A DNA stretch of 39,264 bases from an uncultured Victivallales bacterium (GTDB lineage Bacteria > Verrucomicrobiota > Kiritimatiellia > UBA8416 > SLMC01): contig CAZYAW010000162.1 of assembly GCA_964646045.1 (NCBI GenBank), positions 1-39,264 of the forward strand. Reading direction: 5' to 3'. A model generated the notes under the pieces. That model saw nothing but the letters and a program-made list of their open reading frames with translations. It was not told the origin of the DNA and searched no databases. The translations under genes were made by a program, and so were the position numbers. Shown piece by piece: positions 7,982 through 17,583 of the stretch (the first letter of the stretch is position 1; the number at the start of each line of letters is the position of its first letter).

Positions 7982-10522
7982 ATGAATGCGATCTCCATAG
8001 GTTATGGCGCTCTGAACCTGCCGCTGGCGGCCGCCGAAGCGCTGCACGGTTTTTCATGGAGCGACCCCATGACGGTTTTTTTCGTCGCGCTGCTGGTCGT
8101 GCTGGTGGCCCCCCCGCTGTGTGAACGCCTGCGTCTGCCCAGCGTGGTGGGTCTGATTCTGGCCGGAATCGCGCTCGGCCCCTACGCGATCGACATAATT
8201 CCCAAGGACAGTCTGGTGCAACCGCTGGGCGAGGCGGGCTTGCTCTATCTCATGTTTCTGGTCGGACTCGAGATCGACATGCAGCGCTTTCGGCGGGAAC
8301 GCATGGCGAGTCTGGTGTTCGGCATGTGGACCTTCTGTATCCCGCAGATACTGGGAACGCTCGGGGCGCGCTGGCTGCTGGATCTTTCCTGGCCGGCCGC
8401 CATTCTGATGGCCAGCATGTTCGCCTCGCATACGCTGGTCTCCTATCCGATCGTACAGCGACTGGGCCTGGTCAAGGAACGGGTCGTCACCACCACGGCC
8501 GGCGGCACCGTGTTTACGGACACCTTGGCGCTGCTGACGCTCGCCATCGTGGCGGAATCCACCCGCAGCGGCGGTTTGACCGCCCTCTTCTGGGTGCGAC
8601 AGATGCTGCTGCTCGCGATCTACGCCGGCACGATTCTCCGCCTGGCGCCCGGTATGACACGCTGGTTTTTCCGGCATATTGGCGGGGTGGAAAGCGTACA
8701 GGGATTTCTGTTCGTGCTGGTGTTCGCCTACGGCTGCGCCGTTGCGGCCCCGCTGGCCGGACTGGAACCCATCATCGGCATGTTTCTGGCGGGCCTGGCG
8801 CTCAATCTGCTGATTCCCGAACAGAGCCGGCTCATGATCCGCCTGCGCTTCTTCGGCGAAGCGCTGTTTATTCCTTTCTTCCTGATTTCCGTGGGACTGC
8901 GGGTCAATTTGGGCCTCGTTTTCGAATCGCGCAAGGCGTGGCTGGTGATGGGCTTCATGGTGGCGGCGGGCTATATCACCAAGTTTCTGGCCGCCGTGAT
9001 CAGCGGCAAGCAGTTGCGTTTCTCGCGCAACGAGATCGGCGTACTGTTCGGCTTGAGCGTCAATCAGGCGGCCGCCACCCTGGCGGCGGTGATGGTGGGC
9101 GTCAATCTGGGCATTTTCTCCGCGTCGGTGCTGAACGGGACCATTCTGATGATTCTGGCCACCTGCCTGCTGGGACCCTGGGTCACCGAACGCTACGGTC
9201 GGCGGCTGGCCCTGCAAGTCGAAGAACAGGCTATGGACAGTTCCGGCGCCCCGGAGCGGACCATGATTCCCGTCAGCGGCGAAGATCAAATCGAAGCCCT
9301 CATGACGCTGGCCATCATGACCCATCCCGCGCAATCGGGCGAAGCGCTGTATCCCGCCGTCATCGCGCCGCACGGCAACGATCCCGAACGGACCGTGGCC
9401 AATGCCGAGAAATTGCTGGCTCATGCGGTCGTACAGGCCGTCGAGGCCGAGATGCCCGTTCGGTCCGTGACCCGCCTGGCGGACAGCATGATCGACGGCA
9501 TACTGGGCGCGTCGCGCGATTTGCGCATTTCCACTCTGATTCTGGACAATCGGCTTTCCTCCGCCACCGAGTTCGAACACATTCCCACCCGCCTCGTCGA
9601 ACAGGGGCGGCATCTGGTGATGCGCTACATGACCCCGGCCCCGCTCAACACCTGCCGCCGCATGCGGGTCGCCATTCCGCCACTGATGGAACGGCAAACC
9701 GGGTTCGGCGCCGCCTGGGAAGTCGTACGCCGATTGACCCGTCAGGCGGGAGTAACCCTGCATGTGTTTGCGGAGGCCCCCACCCTGCAGTCCATGACGA
9801 AGCGCAAGTGGCTGAATGCGGCCGACCCCAATACGGAAAGCGTCCCGCTGCGGCAATGGCGCGAGATCGCCGCCGTTTTGCCACAGCATCAGCAAGCGCA
9901 CGACCTGACGGTACTGTTCATGCCGCGAACCCGGCGGCTCGCCTGGCGGCCGGCGTACGCCCGACTGCCCGATCTCCTTAAGAAAACGCTGGACCGCAAT
10001 CCGCTGCTGGTGGTTTATCCGCCGGAAATGAAATGGGAGAACGATCCCGCACCGCCCGAACAGTCGCCGGCCGGACAGTTCCAGTCCCTGTTCCCGCCCA
10101 ACCAGGTGTTTTTGAACATGCCCGAAACCCGCCTGGACGACGCGCTGCGAAAATTGGTGACCGCCTGCTACCCCGACCGGCCCGCCATTCAGCGCCGCCT
10201 GCTCAAAGATCTTTTCGTCATGGCACGCGAAGCCCCGCTGCGGATTGCGCCGGGATGCCTGCTCCTACATTCGCATCAGGCGGCGCCGCCCGCAGCGCCA
10301 CAGGTGATGCTGGCCACCTGCAAAAGCGGTTTCGCGGAAGAAGCCCCGGCCGACCCCGAACCGCCGCACGCGCTGGTTCTGTTGCTGGGCATTCCGGAAG
10401 AAAGCCCGGAGGAACACCTGCGCCGACTGGCCCGCATCGCATCCATGTTCCATGTCGATGGCTGGCTGGAGCGCGTTTGCGAGGCCGATTCCTATGAGAG
10501 CCTGATCCAGCGCCTGTCCTGA
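7982..10522 (+). CDS. Cation:proton antiporter (CPA2/Kef-like) with central USP-like region and C-terminal PTS EIIA type-2-like domain
   Basis: RLRLPSVVGLILAGIALGP, LMFLVGLEID, FASHTLVSYPIV, GLEPIIGMFLAGLALN, QAAATLAAV; C-terminus GCLLLHSH...EEHLRRLARIA. Confidence 0.85.
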   Translation: MNAISIGYGALNLPLAAAEALHGFSWSDPMTVFFVALLVVLVAPPLCERLRLPSVVGLILAGIALGPYAIDIIPKDSLVQPLGEAGLLYLMFLVGLEIDMQRFRRERMASLVFGMWTFCIPQILGTLGARWLLDLSWPAAILMASMFASHTLVSYPIVQRLGLVKERVVTTTAGGTVFTDTLALLTLAIVAESTRSGGLTALFWVRQMLLLAIYAGTILRLAPGMTRWFFRHIGGVESVQGFLFVLVFAYGCAVAAPLAGLEPIIGMFLAGLALNLLIPEQSRLMIRLRFFGEALFIPFFLISVGLRVNLGLVFESRKAWLVMGFMVAAGYITKFLAAVISGKQLRFSRNEIGVLFGLSVNQAAATLAAVMVGVNLGIFSASVLNGTILMILATCLLGPWVTERYGRRLALQVEEQAMDSSGAPERTMIPVSGEDQIEALMTLAIMTHPAQSGEALYPAVIAPHGNDPERTVANAEKLLAHAVVQAVEAEMPVRSVTRLADSMIDGILGASRDLRISTLILDNRLSSATEFEHIPTRLVEQGRHLVMRYMTPAPLNTCRRMRVAIPPLMERQTGFGAAWEVVRRLTRQAGVTLHVFAEAPTLQSMTKRKWLNAADPNTESVPLRQWREIAAVLPQHQQAHDLTVLFMPRTRRLAWRPAYARLPDLLKKTLDRNPLLVVYPPEMKWENDPAPPEQSPAGQFQSLFPPNQVFLNMPETRLDDALRKLVTACYPDRPAIQRRLLKDLFVMAREAPLRIAPGCLLLHSHQAAPPAAPQVMLATCKSGFAEEAPADPEPPHALVLLLGIPEESPEEHLRRLARIASMFHVDGWLERVCEADSYESLIQRLS

Positions 10523-10566
10523 CACGTATGGCGGACGCGTTTCCTGCGGCCAAACGGTTCGCCTGT

Positions 10567-10606
10567 CACGGACAGACACGGGCGAACACGGGCCGGCACG
10601 GCCGAT
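10567..10606. repeat. Four 10-bp-period CACGG units
   Basis: CACGGACAGA CACGGGCGAA CACGGGCCGG CACGGCCGAT. Confidence 0.6.
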
Positions 10607-10638
10607 AAGAAAGCAACGCGTCGGCGCGCCGGGCGAAG

Positions 10639-10676
10639 CTAACGTATTTCTAATAATTCGCTAACCCCTCTTGAAC
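10639..10676 (+). promoter_or_regulatory. Pho-box-like array (11-bp-period direct repeats)
   Basis: CTAAC (10639), CTAAT (10650), CTAAC (10661), TGAAC (10672) in an AT-rich patch just upstream of pstC. Confidence 0.6.
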
Positions 10677-10726
10677 GGCTCTGTCGGAAGGTGATTCCAG
10701 TTTGCATAAGCGGAAGGAAAACGATT

Positions 10727-11893
10727 GTGGCCACCACCCTTACCACGCGCTCCGAGGAAGAGCCACAGGGCCTGATTCTCAGCGATCGCGCCAGTTTTCG
10801 GCAGAAGATGACCGAACGCATGGGACGGAGCGCGCTTTTCTCCATTGCCGCGCTGGCCGCGCTGGCCGTTCTGTTCATCTTCTTCTACATCGCCCGCGAC
10901 GCAATGCCGTTCTTTCAGTTGCGCGGCTTTCGCGAGTTCTTTGTGACGCGCGAGTGGTATCCGTCGCGCGAACCGGCCTATTTCGGTGCACTCTCCATTT
11001 TCTTCGGCAGTGCGCTGGTAACGTTGGGCGCGGCGCTGGTGGCGGTGCCGCTGGGCATTGCGGCCGCCATCTGCCTGAGCGACGTGCTGCCGTTCGGCGT
11101 GCGCCAGGTGGCCAAGCCGGTCATTGAGATTCTGGCGGCCATTCCGTCCGTGGCCTACGGGTTCTTCGCTTTGGTCGTGCTCGCGCCTTTGCTGCAGAGA
11201 TCGGGCCATACGGTGTTGTCGGCAGGCTGGTGGCTGCTGGCTACGCCGGCGCTGGTTTTGCTGGCGGTGATACTGGGCGATGCGCTGACGGTGGCCGTCA
11301 AAAACCCGGTGACGGCGCGCCGTACGCAAATCGCACTGACCTTGCTGCTGGGCGCGGCGGCGCTGTGGGCGCTGTGGGCCGGTCACCAGGCGATTCAGTC
11401 CCTAACCATCGTCACCGGCGCCAATGCGCTGAACGTTGCGGTTATTCTCGGAATCATGGCCTTGCCTACCGTCGTCAGCGTTTCGGAAGACTCTTTACAG
11501 GCGGTCGGCCGCGAACTGCGCGAGGGCAGTTACGCGCTGGGCGCCACCCGCGCGGAAATGCTGTGCAAAACCGTGCTGCCCGCCGCCAGCAGCGGTCTGT
11601 TTGCGGCCTCCATGCTCGGCATCATGCGGGCGCTCGGCGAAACGATGGTCGTTTGGATGGCCTCGGGCAATGCGGCGCAAATTCCCTCCCCCTGGTACAA
11701 CTTCCTCATGCCGGTCCGCACCCTGACGGCCACCATCGCCGGCGAGATGGGCGAGGCCGACCATGTGACCGGGTCGGCACGCTATCATGTGCTGTTCGCC
11801 ATGGGACTGTGCCTGCTGCTGTTCTGTTTCGCCTGCAATTTGGCGGCCGAATGGGTCGTGGCGCGACAACGTCGTCGCCTGAGGGGGGAATAA
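10727..11893 (+). CDS. pstC: Phosphate ABC transporter permease PstC
   Basis: W.P.....FG....FFGS, KPVIEILAAIPSVAYGFF, LREGSYALGAT, RALGETMVV. GTG10727 after AGGAAA chosen as start. Confidence 0.93.
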   Translation: MATTLTTRSEEEPQGLILSDRASFRQKMTERMGRSALFSIAALAALAVLFIFFYIARDAMPFFQLRGFREFFVTREWYPSREPAYFGALSIFFGSALVTLGAALVAVPLGIAAAICLSDVLPFGVRQVAKPVIEILAAIPSVAYGFFALVVLAPLLQRSGHTVLSAGWWLLATPALVLLAVILGDALTVAVKNPVTARRTQIALTLLLGAAALWALWAGHQAIQSLTIVTGANALNVAVILGIMALPTVVSVSEDSLQAVGRELREGSYALGATRAEMLCKTVLPAASSGLFAASMLGIMRALGETMVVWMASGNAAQIPSPWYNFLMPVRTLTATIAGEMGEADHVTGSARYHVLFAMGLCLLLFCFACNLAAEWVVARQRRRLRGE

Positions 11894-11899
11894 ACCGCT

Positions 11900-13444
11900 A
11901 TGCGTCTATCCACCCGCAAATTACTGGACCGCTCCTTTTCGGCGCTGGGCGTGTTCGCCATTGTGCTGATGGCGATCGCGCTGGCCGTGATTCTGGCTCC
12001 AATTTTCTGGCGCGGCGCGGGCGCCTTTGTCTTTCGGGCCACCGTGGAACACCGCAAAATGGAGCGAACCCTTTTTCTGCGCGGCGACGAAGCGACGTTG
12101 AACCGGGAGATCGCCGAGGCCGAAAAAGCGCGTCAACCCGTGTACGAGTGTCTGGGCCAGTTCAGCCGAGAGCAGGACGAGACGTTGAACCGGGCCATCG
12201 AGGCCGTCGAGCGGCTGGGTCGGAACGAAAGCTCTCTGGGCCGCCGCATTGAGCGTGCCGGCCGCTCCCTGCGCGAACTGGGCGATCTGGAAAAACAGGT
12301 CGAACTGCTGACCCGTCTGGAATCCGTGGCCCGCCGCGAGGCCGACGAGGCGATGACGGCCGACCTGGATGTGATCGCCGGGGCTCTGGCCGATCTGGAC
12401 CGCAACGCGCAGGCCTACGGCGCCGTCGCGGGCATGCTGCGCGAACTGCTGGGTCCGCTGCCCGGCGATCCCGAGCGCGTCATGCCCCGCGAACAATTCG
12501 GCCAGACTCGCTGGGAACGGGCGCAGGTCAAGCGGGACCATTTGCTCTGGTTGGACCGCTGGGACTATTCCGACCGTTCCGTCATGGGCGTTGCCGTGCG
12601 CACGCCGCGGCGCGAGCAATACAAGGGCACGGCGCTGTATCCGATCTTCGATCACATCGAGAATCGTCTCGAGGCCATGCTGCTCCCGCGGCGCACGTTC
12701 TACTGGCGCTTTCTTACGGATGTCGCGCACGACGCCCACTTCTTCGGCGGCATCGGGCCGGAAGCGCTGGGCACGTTCTATCTGACCTTCGGCGCCATGC
12801 TCTTCGCCGTGCCGCTGGGCGTCATGGCAGCCATCTACTTCACCGAATATTCGCGGCCGGGCCGTCTGGTCAGCCTTCTGCGCACCTGCGTCAGCACGCT
12901 GGCGGGAGTGCCCAGCATTGTTTTCGGACTGTTCGGGCTGGCGTTCTTCATCTACACCTTGCGCGTATCGCCGTCCAAAAGCGTACTGGCCGGCGCGCTG
13001 ACCTTGGGTCTGCTGATTTTGCCGACCGTCATTCGCGCCGCGGAGGAGGCCATTCTGGCCGTGCCTCAAACCTACAAGGAAGCGGCCATGAGTCTGGGCG
13101 CCGGCCGCTGGCGCACGGTGGTCACCGTCATCCTGCCCGCCGCGCTGCCGGGCATTCTGACCGGAGTCGTCATCAGCATGGGACGCGCGGCGGGCGAGAC
13201 GGCTCCCATTATTTTCACGGCGGCCGTCAGTGTCGGGGCGGGTTTGTGGCCATGGGAAGTCTTCAATAATCCTACACCGGCCCTGTCCTGGAACATTTAC
13301 AATCTGGCTACCGAACACGAGGCGGTGGATCAGATTCGGCATGTGCAGTACGGCATGGTAACGGTTCTGGTGGGCATTGTGCTGCTGCTGAATCTGAGCG
13401 CCATCGCGCTGCGCGCCAAAATCTCGAAAAAGCTGAGAGGATAG
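11900..13444 (+). CDS. pstA: Phosphate ABC transporter permease PstA with large N-terminal extramembrane insertion
   Basis: [46 protein letters not shown]. Confidence 0.93.
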   Translation: MRLSTRKLLDRSFSALGVFAIVLMAIALAVILAPIFWRGAGAFVFRATVEHRKMERTLFLRGDEATLNREIAEAEKARQPVYECLGQFSREQDETLNRAIEAVERLGRNESSLGRRIERAGRSLRELGDLEKQVELLTRLESVARREADEAMTADLDVIAGALADLDRNAQAYGAVAGMLRELLGPLPGDPERVMPREQFGQTRWERAQVKRDHLLWLDRWDYSDRSVMGVAVRTPRREQYKGTALYPIFDHIENRLEAMLLPRRTFYWRFLTDVAHDAHFFGGIGPEALGTFYLTFGAMLFAVPLGVMAAIYFTEYSRPGRLVSLLRTCVSTLAGVPSIVFGLFGLAFFIYTLRVSPSKSVLAGALTLGLLILPTVIRAAEEAILAVPQTYKEAAMSLGAGRWRTVVTVILPAALPGILTGVVISMGRAAGETAPIIFTAAVSVGAGLWPWEVFNNPTPALSWNIYNLATEHEAVDQIRHVQYGMVTVLVGIVLLLNLSAIALRAKISKKLRG

Positions 13445-13448
13445 AACC

Positions 13449-14267
13449 ATGAGCGAAACGCAGTATCAGGATTCGCCCGCCCGGGCGCTGCCGCGCGACG
13501 GCCTCGCGGAGAGCGACCTGCACGTGACGGCCCGCGACTTCTCCGTGTTCTACGGCGCCTTCGAGGCGGTCGTAAAGATTTCCTGCGCCTTTCCCGCACG
13601 CGAGGTGGCCGCCCTGATCGGGCCGAGCGGGTGCGGCAAGAGCACGTTTCTGCGCTCCATCAACCGCATGAACGATTTGATCCCCACCTGCCGTGTCGGC
13701 GGGTCGCTGGTGTTCGACGGCCAGGAAGTGTACGGACCCAAGGTGGATATTACCGTACTGCGGCGCCGGATCGGCATGGTTTTCCAAAAACCCAATCCGT
13801 TCCCGAAAACCATCTACGACAACATCGCCTACGGTCCGCGCCTGACCGGCACGCGCCAGCGGGCCAAACTGGATGAAATTGTCGAAAGCAGTCTGATCAA
13901 GGCGGCGCTGTGGGACGAAGTGAAGGATCGGCTCGACCGCAACGCACTGGGTCTGTCCGGCGGCCAGCAGCAACGGCTGTGCATCGCGCGCGCCCTGGCG
14001 GTCGATCCCGAAATCCTGCTGATGGACGAACCGACCTCGGCTCTCGATCCCAAGGCCACCGCGCGCATCGAAGATCTCATCGGCGAGCTGCGCGGCAACT
14101 ATACGATTATTATCGTGACCCACAACATGCAGCAGGCCGCGCGCGTTTCCGATTATACGGCCTTTCTGTACGAAGGCGTGCTCGTCGAATACGGACTCAC
14201 CAAAACCCTCTTCTCCAAACCGGAAAAGCAGCATACGGAGGACTACATTACCGGCCGTTTCGGATAA
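13449..14267 (+). CDS. pstB: Phosphate ABC transporter ATP-binding protein PstB
   Basis: [46 protein letters not shown]. Confidence 0.97.
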   Translation: MSETQYQDSPARALPRDGLAESDLHVTARDFSVFYGAFEAVVKISCAFPAREVAALIGPSGCGKSTFLRSINRMNDLIPTCRVGGSLVFDGQEVYGPKVDITVLRRRIGMVFQKPNPFPKTIYDNIAYGPRLTGTRQRAKLDEIVESSLIKAALWDEVKDRLDRNALGLSGGQQQRLCIARALAVDPEILLMDEPTSALDPKATARIEDLIGELRGNYTIIIVTHNMQQAARVSDYTAFLYEGVLVEYGLTKTLFSKPEKQHTEDYITGRFG

Positions 14268-14283
14268 TATTCGCCAACCGCCT

Positions 14284-14387
14284 TGCGTGGAACCGCTCCG
14301 CAGGGTAGATTGTTCCGCAGCAGAATGCGACGCGGATGCGGCGCATCGTTTGAAATCTGATATACGGGATGCGGGCGCGGCCCGCCT
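14284..14387 (+). other. Three-hairpin structured element family 3, copy B (pstB-phoU intergenic, phoU leader)
   Basis: Shares TGTTCCG, TGCGACGC-N4-GCGRCGCA-TCRTTTGAAAT and GGGATGCGGGCGCSGCCCGCCT with the glnS-leader copy; ends 12 nt before the phoU ATG. Confidence 0.7.
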
Positions 14388-14399
14388 GAGGATGCCGAC

Positions 14400-15071
14400 A
14401 TGATTAGACACCTGCAAAGAGAAATCGAAACCATCAAGCGCAAGCTGCTGGCCCTGTGCGCCGTCGTGGAAAAGAATGTGGCCATGGCCACGAAAGCCAT
14501 TGCCGAACAGGACGCGGAGATGGCCCGGACGGTCATAGAGGACGACAGGCATGTCGACCGTCTGGAGGTCGAGCTGGAGGAGGATTGTCTGAAAATCCTC
14601 GCCCTGTATCAGCCCGTGGCCGTCGATCTGCGCGCCATCGTCGCCGTGCTCAAGATCAACAACGATCTCGAGCGCATTGGCGATCTGGCGGTCAATGTGG
14701 CGGAGCGGGCCGGTTTTCTGGCCTCGCGACCGGCGGTGCCGGAACCGTTCGATTTCGATCTGATGGCCGACAAAGTGCGCGCCATGCTGCGCAACGCGGT
14801 GGACGCCTTCATTGAGAGCCGCAGTCAGGCGGCGCACGAGGTCTGCAAGGCCGACGACGAGGTGGACGCCATCAACAGCGCCATGTACAAAAGCGTCGAA
14901 TCCATGCTGCGGCGCGAGGATGCCGATGTCGGCACGCTCATTCACCTGCTGTCCGTTTCCCGCGATCTCGAACGCATTGCCGACCACGCCACCAACATCG
15001 CCGAAGACGTGATTTACATGATTTCCGGAGAGATCGTACGGCATCATGTCGAAGACTATACCAAGGAGTAG
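14400..15071 (+). CDS. phoU: Phosphate signalling complex protein PhoU
   Basis: QPVAVDLR, DLERIGDLAVN, DLERIADHATNIAEDVIY. Confidence 0.96.
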   Translation: MIRHLQREIETIKRKLLALCAVVEKNVAMATKAIAEQDAEMARTVIEDDRHVDRLEVELEEDCLKILALYQPVAVDLRAIVAVLKINNDLERIGDLAVNVAERAGFLASRPAVPEPFDFDLMADKVRAMLRNAVDAFIESRSQAAHEVCKADDEVDAINSAMYKSVESMLRREDADVGTLIHLLSVSRDLERIADHATNIAEDVIYMISGEIVRHHVEDYTKE

Positions 15072-15073
15072 TC

Positions 15074-15781
15074 ATGGCACGCGAAAAAATTCTAGTGGTC
15101 GAGGATGACGAAGACATTCTGGAGCTGATCGCCTACAACCTGGAAAAGGAGCAGTACGCCGTGCTCAAGAGCCATTCGGGAGAGAAGGCGCTGGAGCGTA
15201 TCGCCAAAAATAGGCCCGACCTGTTGCTGCTCGACCTGATGCTGCCCGGGATGGACGGACTGGAAATCTGCAAGCGCGTCAAGGGCGAGTCCGCCACGCG
15301 CGACATTCCCGTGCTCATGCTGACGGCCAAGGGCGAGGAGAGCGATGTGGTGGCCGGACTGGAGCTGGGCTCCGACGACTATATGACCAAGCCGTTCCGG
15401 CCCCGCGAGCTGATTGCCCGCGTGCGCACCATCTTGCGCCGCGCTTCCGCGCCGGCCATCAACCCCGCCACCATGGAGGAAATCACGCTGCACGGCATTT
15501 CCATCCATCCGGGTCGTCGCGAGGTGAAGGTCGGCAAGAAGACGGTCGATCTGACCTATACGGAGTTTCAGGTGCTCTACGCCCTGGCGCAGCGGCCGGG
15601 CTGGGTTTTCACCCGCTATCAGATTGTGGACGCCGTGCGCGGCGAGAACTATCCGGTCACGGATCGCTCGGTGGACGTGCAAATTGTCGGCCTGCGCAAA
15701 AAACTGGGCAAAGCCGGACAGGCCATCGAAACGGTGCGCGGCATGGGCTATCGCATGAGAGATCGGAGCCTGTCTTCGTGA
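15074..15781 (+). CDS. phoB: OmpR/PhoB-family response regulator
   Basis: Receiver domain (VEDD, LDLMLPGMDG, KPF) plus winged helix (DRSVDVQI, IETVRGMGY); operon context. Confidence 0.88.
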   Translation: MAREKILVVEDDEDILELIAYNLEKEQYAVLKSHSGEKALERIAKNRPDLLLLDLMLPGMDGLEICKRVKGESATRDIPVLMLTAKGEESDVVAGLELGSDDYMTKPFRPRELIARVRTILRRASAPAINPATMEEITLHGISIHPGRREVKVGKKTVDLTYTEFQVLYALAQRPGWVFTRYQIVDAVRGENYPVTDRSVDVQIVGLRKKLGKAGQAIETVRGMGYRMRDRSLSS

Positions 15782-17583
15782 AACGTCGTCGGCTCTTCAC
15801 GCAAATCTACGTTCCGCATGTGGCCGTGCTGCTGCTGGCCCTGCTGATGGCCGGCGGGTGGGCTTTGCGCGAGGCGCGGCGCGAACAGTACGAACAAACC
15901 CGTCGCAGCCTGCAGGCCGCCGCAGCCATGCTGGCGGACACGCTGGGGACGGCGTTCGCCGCGCAATCCGGCGACGCGACGCAGCGGCTCTGTCAACGCT
16001 TGGGCTCGGTGACCGGATACCGGTTCACGGTGATTCTCGACAACGGGCAAGTTTTGGGTGACAGTCTGGAAGATCCGCGCAAGATGGACAATCATGCGGC
16101 GCGCCCGGAAATCCTGCAACTGATCGCGCCCCGCAGTGAAGATTCGGGCTGGGCCGTACGGGTCAGCTCGACGGTGCGCCTGAACATGATGTACGTGGCC
16201 GTACCCTGGGAAGGGACCGACGGCCGCATCGGCTTCGTGCGCGCGGCACGCGCTTTGGACGATATCGACCGAGCGGTGGCGGGTCAGCGCGCACGCATCC
16301 TGGGCGCCGGGCTGTGGCTGGCCCTGCTGGGCGCCTTCGTCAGCGTACTGATCGCCCGGCGCGTCAGTCGCCCGCTCGTCGCCATGCGTCAACGGGTCGA
16401 GGCTTTTACCGTCGGCGAGGACGAGCTGCATTTGCCGTCGTCGTCGGTCCGGGAAATCGACGCCCTGACCGAGACCATGAACGTCATGGCCATCCATCTG
16501 AACGAGCGCATTCAGACCATCGTGCGCCAGCGCGACGAACAGAACGCGCTTTTCTCCTGCATGACCGAAGCGGTCGTGGCCGTGGACGACCAGGGCTGCA
16601 TTCTGTCCATGAACCGGGCCGCCATCCGGCTTTTCCGGCCCGGTCGCGACGAAGTGGTCGGACGCCCGATCCAGGAGGTTGTGCGGAATGCCGATTTGCA
16701 GCGGCTGTGGCGTCACACGTTGAAAAGCGCCGAACCGGTCGAGGAGGAAGTCGCCATTCCCGACACCGATCGCTGCCTCCAGGCCCACGGCGCCGTCCTG
16801 ACCGACGGGCACGGCCATCGAATCGGCGCCGTGCTGGTCATGAACGATATCACGCGGCTGCGTCGGCTGGAAACCATGCGCCGCGACTTTGTCGCCAATG
16901 TTTCGCACGAGCTGAAGACGCCGGTGACTTCCATCAAAGGATTCGCCGAAACTCTGCTGGACGGCGCCGCCGAACAGCCGGAGGACCGCATGCGTTTTCT
17001 GGCGATCATCGACAAGCAGGCCGACCGCCTGAAATCCATCCTGGAAGATCTGCTGGCCCTCTCCAGTCTGGAGCACGACGCTGAAAACGGGGCGGTTGTG
17101 TTTCACCGCGCGCGCATTGCGCCGTTGCTGGAGCATGCGGCCCAGGCCTGGGCCGCGGAGGCCGCCGCCAAGGAGATGACCTGCGAAACGTCCTGCGACG
17201 CCGAACTGAGAGCCGTGGTCAACGCCCCGCTGCTGGAACAGGCCCTGGTCAATCTGGTCGGCAACGCGGTCAAGTACGGACTGCCGCGTACCGTCGTCTC
17301 CGTCTCCGCTGCATCCGGCGACGGGGGCATCGTCCTGCGGGTGGCCGATCAGGGACCCGGCATTGCGCGCCATCATCTGCCGCGTCTCTTCGAGCGCTTC
17401 TATCGCGTCGATAAAGGACGCAGCCGCACGATGGGCGGCACCGGACTGGGGCTCGCCATCGTCAAGCGCGTGGCCATCGCCCACGGCGGTCGGGCGGAAG
17501 TGGAGAGTCAGATCGGCCAAGGCAGCGTGTTCCGTCTGCACCTGCCCGAAAAACCGGACACCCCGCCCGTCTCGGGCTGTTGA
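15778..17583 (+). CDS. phoR: Sensor histidine kinase PhoR
   Basis: TM, MDNHAARPEI extracellular motif, HAMP, PAS, RRDFVANVSHELKTP, FERFYRVDKGRSR, GGTGLGLAIVK. Confidence 0.92.
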   Translation: MKRRRLFTQIYVPHVAVLLLALLMAGGWALREARREQYEQTRRSLQAAAAMLADTLGTAFAAQSGDATQRLCQRLGSVTGYRFTVILDNGQVLGDSLEDPRKMDNHAARPEILQLIAPRSEDSGWAVRVSSTVRLNMMYVAVPWEGTDGRIGFVRAARALDDIDRAVAGQRARILGAGLWLALLGAFVSVLIARRVSRPLVAMRQRVEAFTVGEDELHLPSSSVREIDALTETMNVMAIHLNERIQTIVRQRDEQNALFSCMTEAVVAVDDQGCILSMNRAAIRLFRPGRDEVVGRPIQEVVRNADLQRLWRHTLKSAEPVEEEVAIPDTDRCLQAHGAVLTDGHGHRIGAVLVMNDITRLRRLETMRRDFVANVSHELKTPVTSIKGFAETLLDGAAEQPEDRMRFLAIIDKQADRLKSILEDLLALSSLEHDAENGAVVFHRARIAPLLEHAAQAWAAEAAAKEMTCETSCDAELRAVVNAPLLEQALVNLVGNAVKYGLPRTVVSVSAASGDGGIVLRVADQGPGIARHHLPRLFERFYRVDKGRSRTMGGTGLGLAIVKRVAIAHGGRAEVESQIGQGSVFRLHLPEKPDTPPVSGC

